Shown here: positions 29,221 to 35,104 of the stretch, one piece after another
Layout: every line of letters begins with the position of its first letter
Position numbering within the stretch: the first letter of the stretch is position 1
Assembly: GCA_030950765.1 (NCBI GenBank)
Contig: JAUZQX010000141.1
Span: 1 to 35,104 of the forward strand
DNA from: Ghiorsea sp.
GTDB taxonomy: Bacteria; Pseudomonadota; Zetaproteobacteria; Mariprofundales; Mariprofundaceae
Length of the DNA: 35,104 nt
Reading direction: 5' to 3'
The notes under the pieces: generated by a model
What the model was told of the DNA's origin: nothing
The model's input: the letters and a program-made list of their open reading frames with translations, nothing else
The model's database searches: none
Translations under genes and position numbers: made by a program

Positions 29221-29661
29221 ATGCTTACTCAACAAATTACTGATGATATGAAAACCGCTATGAAAGCAAAAGACAAAGTAGCGCTGGGTGTGATTCGCAT
29301 GCTCAGAGCTGCAATTAAAGACAAAGAAATTGAGCTGGGTAAAACACTTGAAGACACCGACACCATCGCCGTCATAAGCAAGTTAATCAAACAACGTAAG
29401 GATTCTGCCACCCAATATATAGATGCTGAACGCCCCGAATTGGCAGCAACAGAAAACGCTGAAATCAAAGTGCTCGAAGTCTATATGCCTGAGCAAATGA
29501 ATGATGATGAAATCCAAGCTTTGGTTGCTGCGGCAGTCGCTGAAACGGGCGCAACATCTATGAAAGAGATGGGTGGCGTGATGGGCATTGTACGTGGCAA
29601 AGCAGCAGGTAAAGCAGATATGGGCAAGGTGTCTGCAGCTGTCAAAGCAGCACTTCAATAG
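29221..29661 (+). CDS. yqeY: GatB/YqeY domain protein
   Basis: DMKTAMKAKD, IKQRKDS, E..E..VL..YMP.Q, KEMGGVMG and GKADMG motifs. Probable start 29221. Confidence 0.93.
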   Translation: MLTQQITDDMKTAMKAKDKVALGVIRMLRAAIKDKEIELGKTLEDTDTIAVISKLIKQRKDSATQYIDAERPELAATENAEIKVLEVYMPEQMNDDEIQALVAAAVAETGATSMKEMGGVMGIVRGKAAGKADMGKVSAAVKAALQ

Positions 29662-29679
29662 CCCTTATTTGATGTAAAC

Positions 29680-30345
29680 ATGCATATTCCAGCGGGGTTT
29701 TATCCAGACTTTCTCTTGATATTGGGCAATATCATTGCCATCCCCGTTGTTTTGCTTGCCATTTGGCGCACTGAAACACGTTTTTGGTCAGGTTGGTCAG
29801 AAGGCCTACAAGTCGCATCTATTTTTACCGCACTCACAGGTTTATATATGTTACAAGCCGACATCAAACCTGGCATGGCAGTGCACTGGTTGGGCGTGAT
29901 GCTCACCGTGATGATGATTGGCCCTTGGACTGCCATCGTTGTCTTGTCAGCCATTCATGTGTTTTTACTGGTAACACTTGGCTTAGGTGATGTATCCACC
30001 TTGGGTTTTAATATCAGCACATCTGTACTGCTTCCCGTCGTCATTGCATCCAGCATTCATTTATTCTTTTATTACAAATTACCGCGCATTGTTCCTGTCT
30101 ATTTTGCTAAGGTTGGCGTGGGTGACCTGCTTTGTATGTTGGCAGTGGATACCGTGCTTACCTTATGCCTATTAACGTGGTCAGGTTATCCATCTTTTCA
30201 TATTTACCAGGATTTCACCCTTATTTTAGCTCTGATGGGCGGCATGGAAGCGGTGATTAGCACATGGGTTGTTGCAGGGCTTGTATGTTATTTCCCAATT
30301 TGGCTGGTTACATTCAATGATGAAGAATATATCCACGGTAAATAA
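29680..30345 (+). CDS. CbiM/NikM-like energy-coupling-factor substrate-binding membrane protein
   Basis: N-terminus MHIPAG, HWLG...MMIGPW, LGFN and MEAVIS motifs; about 6-7 TM helices. Confidence 0.7.
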   Translation: MHIPAGFYPDFLLILGNIIAIPVVLLAIWRTETRFWSGWSEGLQVASIFTALTGLYMLQADIKPGMAVHWLGVMLTVMMIGPWTAIVVLSAIHVFLLVTLGLGDVSTLGFNISTSVLLPVVIASSIHLFFYYKLPRIVPVYFAKVGVGDLLCMLAVDTVLTLCLLTWSGYPSFHIYQDFTLILALMGGMEAVISTWVVAGLVCYFPIWLVTFNDEEYIHGK

Positions 30346-30366
30346 TATGTTAGAAATCGCATCCTT

Positions 30367-31002
30367 ATGATTTTAGAAACAACCCCCCTACTCCTACAAA
30401 ACCTATACTGGATCACATTACTTGCCGTGATTGTGTCTTCCGCATCGGGTGTGCTCAAAGCAGGATTCAAACAGTTTGACTTATTTGGCGTGGTGATGAT
30501 TGCCATTACCACAGGTCTAGGTGGCGGTTCTTTGCGCGATATGCTGCTTGACCGCGATGTGTTTTGGATTGCCGATCAAATCTTTTTTATCGCTTCTGTT
30601 GGTAGTGCATTGTGTCTTTTTATTGCGGCGCGATTCATCATCATCTCACCCAAATATTTCCTCATCGCGGATGCCGCGGGTTTAGCCACCTTCGCCATTG
30701 CAGGCACACTGGTTTCATTGATGTTAGGCACATCACCCTTGGTTGCTAGTTTTATGGGCGTAATCACAGGTGCAATGGGTGGCGTATTTCGCGATGTGTT
30801 ATGCAATGAAACACCCGTGGTTTTTTCCAGCTCTCTTTATGCCACGGTATCTTGGCTGGGTTCATTACTCTTTATCGGGCTGCTCGCCTTCGAGATTGAA
30901 ACCACCTACGCCGCCATCATTGCAGGCGTAAGCATCTTCATTGCTCGCTTACTTGCCATTTATTACAAACTCAAACTACCAAGATTTCGTTTTAAAAGCT
31001 AA
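30367..31002 (+). CDS. TRIC/YadS (UPF0126) family membrane protein
   Basis: Internal repeats FDLFG..TGLGGGSLRDMLL and DAAGLA..TGAMGGVFRDVL, plus LYAT. Confidence 0.9.
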   Translation: MILETTPLLLQNLYWITLLAVIVSSASGVLKAGFKQFDLFGVVMIAITTGLGGGSLRDMLLDRDVFWIADQIFFIASVGSALCLFIAARFIIISPKYFLIADAAGLATFAIAGTLVSLMLGTSPLVASFMGVITGAMGGVFRDVLCNETPVVFSSSLYATVSWLGSLLFIGLLAFEIETTYAAIIAGVSIFIARLLAIYYKLKLPRFRFKS

Positions 31003-32037
31003 TCACGGTGCTGGATTGGGGTACTGTTGATGTATTTCTTCTATTTGCTGCACCACCTCTTCACTTAATAGCACCTCCGTGCTTGCCAAGTTTTCTTTAA
31101 GTTGCTCAAGGTTGGTTGCACCAATAATCGTGCTGGTTACAAACCAACGGCTACGCACAAATGCCAGTGCCAGTTGCGTAAGTGTTAAACCTATATCTTC
31201 CGCAACATTTGCATACGCTTGCAATGCTTCAGGCACATTGATTTTACTATACCGCTGAGTAAATTGAGGGAATTGGGTGACCCGCCCTTTGGTTTGTGGA
31301 TTTTTAAGATATTTGCCCGATAAATGGCCAAACGCCAGCGGACTATATGCCAGCAACCCCACATCTTCATGGCGACACGTTTCAGCAAGCCCCGCTTCAA
31401 ATGTTCGATTCAACAAGTGATACGCATTTTGAACGCTTACCACACCTGATAAACCCAATTCTTTGGCACATTGATTAAACGCACTCACGCCATACGGTGT
31501 TTCATTGCTCAACCCAATATAACGTACTTTTCCAGCATCCACCAATGCTGAAAGCGCCTGCAACTGTTCCTTAATCGGCGTGGTATCATGTTCATGATTT
31601 GCATCATAACTGGTGCTACCAAACATGGGCACATAACGGTCTGGCCAATGAATTTGATACAAATCCACATAGTCCGTTTGTAAACGTTTGAGGCTTCCAT
31701 CAATCGCCACATTGATATGTTCAGCTGTGACACGTGGACCACCACGAATCCACTCAAACCCTCGCGAAGGCCCTGTGATTTTGGTAGCAATAATCAACTT
31801 ATCCCGCTGTTGGTTTTTCAACCATGTGCCGACATACTTTTCTGTTAAACCTTGTGTTTCCGCGCGGGGAGCCACGGGATACATTTCCGCCGTATCGATA
31901 AAGGTCACACCGTAATCCATTGCCATATCCAGTTGGGCATGGGCATCATCTTCGGTGTTTTGTTCACCAAATGTCATGGTTCCCAAACAAATTTCCGATA
32001 CATTTAAATCGCTGCTTCCCAGTTGGTTGTATTTCAT
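31003..32037 (-). CDS. tas: NADP(H)-dependent aldo-keto reductase, Tas-like
   Basis: ICLGTMTFGEQN, DTAEMY, DLYQIHWP, GLSNET, LAYSPL and IIGAT motifs. Confidence 0.88.
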   Translation of the reverse strand: MKYNQLGSSDLNVSEICLGTMTFGEQNTEDDAHAQLDMAMDYGVTFIDTAEMYPVAPRAETQGLTEKYVGTWLKNQQRDKLIIATKITGPSRGFEWIRGGPRVTAEHINVAIDGSLKRLQTDYVDLYQIHWPDRYVPMFGSTSYDANHEHDTTPIKEQLQALSALVDAGKVRYIGLSNETPYGVSAFNQCAKELGLSGVVSVQNAYHLLNRTFEAGLAETCRHEDVGLLAYSPLAFGHLSGKYLKNPQTKGRVTQFPQFTQRYSKINVPEALQAYANVAEDIGLTLTQLALAFVRSRWFVTSTIIGATNLEQLKENLASTEVLLSEEVVQQIEEIHQQYPNPAP

Positions 32038-32164
32038 GGTGTCACCTCATGGGCAAGCATATAGGTTTGGCAGTATGTTTTGAACCATAGAAAACATAAG
32101 GTGCTGCACATAAACGCAAGCACTATTGCCTTTTCCAACCATGGTGCATTAACATCTCGAACCG

Positions 32165-32863
32165 ATGAGCATAAATATTAATACCTTTACCAAGCTAGAA
32201 TACAATGAAAACCATATCCATCTCGCCTTTTCATCACCACAGCAGGTGATTAGCTCAGCTATTTTGAACGGTGGTTTGATAAAAGCCGATCATATTGTGA
32301 ATTGGAAAGTGCCCAAACATGCATCCATTTGTGAAGCGCCTGAAAAGAGCCTAGGCGACTATGCCAAGGCTCAAGGCTGGCAAGGTCATGTGGTTGGTAT
32401 GATGACAGCAGCGTCTATGTCTTCACTGCGTATTGAGCAGGCTTGCGTTGAAAGCATTGATATAACAGTTCTCATCACGACAGGACTAAGTAACGCTCGG
32501 CGAGCAGGTGATAAAGCAGATATACAAGAATTATTAGGCACAACACATGAAGTTGGCACGATTAACCTTATACTCATCTTTTCAGCACAACTAACAGATG
32601 CTGCCATGGTAGAAGCCATGATGATTGCCACAGAAGCCAAAGCTGCCGCCTTACAAAATGCTAAGGTTTTAAGTCCTATATCTGGTTTATTCGCCACGGG
32701 GACTGGCACCGATGCGATTGCTGTTGTTAGCGGAAATGGTTCGCAAAAAATAAAATTCTGCGGTAAACATGTGTTGCTCGGTGAATGGATTGGACGTCTA
32801 GTTATCAAAGCTTTGGCCCGTTCATTAACAACACAGGTTTCTCTAGACCGTACTGATGTGTAA
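32165..32863 (+). CDS. cbiZ: Adenosylcobinamide amidohydrolase CbiZ-family protein
   Basis: SSAILNGG, VGMMTAA, TTGLSNA, GTINL, ATEAK and ATGTGTD motifs; GKH..LGE. Confidence 0.88.
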   Translation: MSININTFTKLEYNENHIHLAFSSPQQVISSAILNGGLIKADHIVNWKVPKHASICEAPEKSLGDYAKAQGWQGHVVGMMTAASMSSLRIEQACVESIDITVLITTGLSNARRAGDKADIQELLGTTHEVGTINLILIFSAQLTDAAMVEAMMIATEAKAAALQNAKVLSPISGLFATGTGTDAIAVVSGNGSQKIKFCGKHVLLGEWIGRLVIKALARSLTTQVSLDRTDV

Positions 32864-32884
32864 TATTATTTTGAGGGCTTAATG

Positions 32885-32912
32885 AACGTCCGCGTCTTGG
32901 TGTGCCGCGCCC
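32885..32912. repeat. Degenerate direct-repeat copy of the deaD 3' end (partner at 33823-33850)
   Basis: AACGTCCGCGTCTTGGTGtGCCGCGcCC versus AACGTCCGCGTCTTGGTGcGCCGCGtCC: 26/28 identical, first 18 bp exact. Confidence 0.85.
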
Positions 32913-33102
32913 GAAGTTTTGGAGACAAAATATTTAATAATTTGACGGTACGGTTTGCAGTGTAAAGACATGGGCGAGCTTGATTATGTACTGTATCCCC
33001 GGAACCACCCCCGTCGCAAAAAAATATGGGCGCACAAAGGAGTGTAATAGATGGAAACTCAAGTTATATTATTACCAAATTGTGCCAAGAGAACCTCATT
33101 TC

Positions 33103-33675
33103 ATGCTTAAGCCTGACACGTTGAAAACGATGACCTTTAAGTCGCCAACGGAGCTGAGTGAGTGGCTACAAGCGAACCATGCCAGCGAAAGCGAACTTTT
33201 AATTAAGATTTTCAAAAAAGACTCTGGAGTTCCGAGTGTGAACTGGAACGAGGTCGTGGTTGAATCGCTATGCTGGGGTTGGATTGACGGTATCAAAAAG
33301 TCACTCGATAACCAAGCCTACCTTCAACGGATTACACCTAGAAAGGCTAGAAGTAATTGGTCGAAGAGAAATACAAAACATGTCGAGCGCCTGATCATTG
33401 AAGGGCGAATGAAAGAAGAGGGGCTTGTCCATGTTCGTGCAGCGAAAGCTGACGGGCGCTGGGAAAACGCTTACTCTGTCAGTGAAATGAAAGTTCCAGC
33501 AGACTTTTTAGCAGCACTGGAGAAGTTGCCAAAAGCGAAGTGTTTTTTTGAGACGTTAACCAAATCCAATCGCTACGCCATTGCTTATGCATTGGCATCT
33601 GCAAAGAAACCTGAAACCAGACAACGGCGATTCAAAAATTTAATGGATAAGCTTATTCGCCAAGAAAGGCCTTAG
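33103..33675 (+). CDS. YdeI/OmpD-associated (bacteriocin-protection) family protein
   Basis: WLQANH, LCWGWIDG, RITPRKARSNWSKRN, VPADF..AL and AKKPETRQRR motifs. Probable start ATG 33103, not TTG 32980. Confidence 0.9.
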   Translation: MLKPDTLKTMTFKSPTELSEWLQANHASESELLIKIFKKDSGVPSVNWNEVVVESLCWGWIDGIKKSLDNQAYLQRITPRKARSNWSKRNTKHVERLIIEGRMKEEGLVHVRAAKADGRWENAYSVSEMKVPADFLAALEKLPKAKCFFETLTKSNRYAIAYALASAKKPETRQRRFKNLMDKLIRQERP

Positions 33676-33764
33676 CTTGGCTACAACAACGAGAAAAAAT
33701 ATAATAAACAGTTCAAGTTGACTCTGCAACATCACTAGGTGCTAGTTGTAAGCCTCATGTAATC

Positions 33765-33797
33765 AAAAAAAGCCCCGATGTTTTCACATCGAGGCTT
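33765..33797 (-). terminator. Intrinsic terminator after deaD
   Basis: Minus strand AAGCCTCGATG-TGAAAA-CATCGGGGC-TTTTTTT, about 25 bp past the deaD stop. Confidence 0.8.
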
Positions 33798-33820
33798 ATA
33801 TTTATTCAGTACAGTAGACT

Positions 33821-35104
33821 TTAACGTCCGCGTCTTGGTGCGCCGCGTCCACGACCGCCACCTGAGCGTTCACCACCACCACTGCGGCCACCACGGTTAT
33901 TACCTGCACGACCTCTGCCGCCACCACTACGTCCGCCTCGGTCTCCACCGCGACCACCACCACGACCACCACCACGGAAGTTACGGCGCGGTTTGTCGCT
34001 GCCTCCACCAAACTCCACTTCAACTTCTTCCAAATCAAGTGTTTTGCCAGCTACACGTGTTTTCTTTAGTGTTTTAAGAATCGAATCAGGCATACCTTCT
34101 GGTAAATCAACCGTTGAATGATCATCACGAATCACGATGTTATTGATAAACTCACTATCAATACCCGCTTCATTGGCAATTGCACCCACGATATTACCCG
34201 GGCGAACTTCCAAGCTACTGCCTACTTCTAAGCGGTAACGCGTAAATCCTTTTGCCAGTGGCTTTTCATGGTACGTCCTCTCACCGCCATGACTACGCAA
34301 GTCTCTTGGCTCATCGCGATCACGACCCGCACGTACTGGTGGCATATCTTTAAGCAATAAAGGCTCAGAGCCTTGTGCCAATTTAGCCAATGCCGCTGCA
34401 ATTTCTTGCGCAGGCACATTGTGCTCTTCTTCATACTCTTCGATGATTTTAGCAAACGTTTCTAAACCTTCTTTTGCTAAAGTGTCTGTGATTTTTTCTT
34501 TAAATTCTGAAATACGTTTGTCATTGATTTCATCCGCAGATGGCATCACATACAACTCAACCTTTTGGTTGGTTGCGCGTTCAATCGCATACAACATCCG
34601 CTTTTCACGCGGTGCAACAAACAAAATTGCATCACCAGAGCGACCTGCACGACCTGTGCGCCCAATACGATGCACATAAGATTCCGTATCATGGGGTACA
34701 TCATAATTAATCACGTGTGAAATGCGCTCAACATCAAGACCACGTGCTACAACGTCTGTACCAATCAAAATATCAATTTGACCTTTTTTCAACTTATTTA
34801 CAATTTGCTCACGTTGATTTTGTGCAATATCACCATTCAATGCTGCTGCCGAATAACCACGCGCTTGAAGCTTTTCTGCAAGCTCCACCGTTGCAGTTTT
34901 GGTGCGCACGAAAATGATGATACCATCAAATGTTTCCGCTTCTAAAATACGGGTTAATGCATCCAACTTCTGACGACCACTGACCATCCAATAACGCTGG
35001 CGAATGGTGATGGCAGTTGATGTTTTGGTTTTAATTGTAATATGAACAGGTTTGTTCAAATAATTGTTGGTAATTTTACGAATTTGTGAAGGCATGGTCG
35101 CTGA
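33821..35104 (-). CDS. deaD: DEAD-box RNA helicase DeaD/CsdA, 3' part (begins beyond window)
   Basis: SATMP (motif III) at the window edge, TDVVARGLD, YVHRIGRTGRAG, a DbpA-type RNA-binding domain (PGNIVGAIANE) and an RGG-rich tail. Confidence 0.93.
   Translation of the reverse strand, partial: SATMPSQIRKITNNYLNKPVHITIKTKTSTAITIRQRYWMVSGRQKLDALTRILEAETFDGIIIFVRTKTATVELAEKLQARGYSAAALNGDIAQNQREQIVNKLKKGQIDILIGTDVVARGLDVERISHVINYDVPHDTESYVHRIGRTGRAGRSGDAILFVAPREKRMLYAIERATNQKVELYVMPSADEINDKRISEFKEKITDTLAKEGLETFAKIIEEYEEEHNVPAQEIAAALAKLAQGSEPLLLKDMPPVRAGRDRDEPRDLRSHGGERTYHEKPLAKGFTRYRLEVGSSLEVRPGNIVGAIANEAGIDSEFINNIVIRDDHSTVDLPEGMPDSILKTLKKTRVAGKTLDLEEVEVEFGGGSDKPRRNFRGGGRGGGRGGDRGGRSGGGRGRAGNNRGGRSGGGERSGGGRGRGAPRRGR

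Noticed and set aside
31000-31005. Abutting stop codons of the TRIC gene and tas, with no terminator
   Set aside because: Tight convergent packing is common, and nothing further supports antisense regulation.
32038-32164. Possible cobalamin riboswitch or sigma54 promoter between tas and cbiZ
   Set aside because: The region is short with no B12-box seen, and the GG...GC candidates have the wrong spacing (N11) or lack GC.
32980-33102. 41-aa N-terminal extension of the YdeI-family ORF
   Set aside because: TTG start without an SD; family-like sequence begins after Met at 33103.
33778-34077. His-rich 99-aa plus-strand ORF and CCA/CCG-rich repeats
   Set aside because: Antisense reading of the Gly/Arg-rich deaD tail.
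1-35104. CRISPR arrays, tRNA/rRNA genes, IS elements, integrases, defence genes
   Set aside because: None recognised. The window is almost fully covered by identifiable CDSs, and the intergenic gaps are short.

Overview
A moderately AT-rich proteobacterial chromosomal window. Gene content, such as system II cytochrome c maturation (resB/resC), is compatible with a Zetaproteobacterium (Mariprofundus/Ghiorsea-like), but that is only a guess. Left to right: the 3' end of glgB; a frameshifted OprB-family porin; a Che2/F7-like chemosensory operon on the minus strand (cheY-cheA-cheW-mcp-mcp-STAS-cheR-cheD-cheB-mcpA-like); a 957-aa ion channel directly upstream of cheY; pgl-gnd-zwf, with Zwf carrying a C-terminal cNMP-fold domain; ppa; an operon resB-resC-tsaB-LMW PTP-ClC-uvrD; yqeY, a CbiM-like gene and a TRIC/YadS gene; tas; cbiZ; a ~0.95-kb islet with a YdeI/OmpD-associated gene, flanked by a duplicated deaD 3' end; and deaD (partial). 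The best candidate for an undescribed system is the channel. It has two tandem voltage-sensor-like domains, a CASTOR/POLLUX-type pore and two RCK domains. It ends in the same acidic [DE][IV][DE]LF tail as two proteins of the adjacent chemosensory operon, and both it and cheY have a sigma54-type -24/-12 promoter. No tRNA, rRNA, CRISPR array or transposase was seen. Family calls come from motif recognition by eye; no searches were run.
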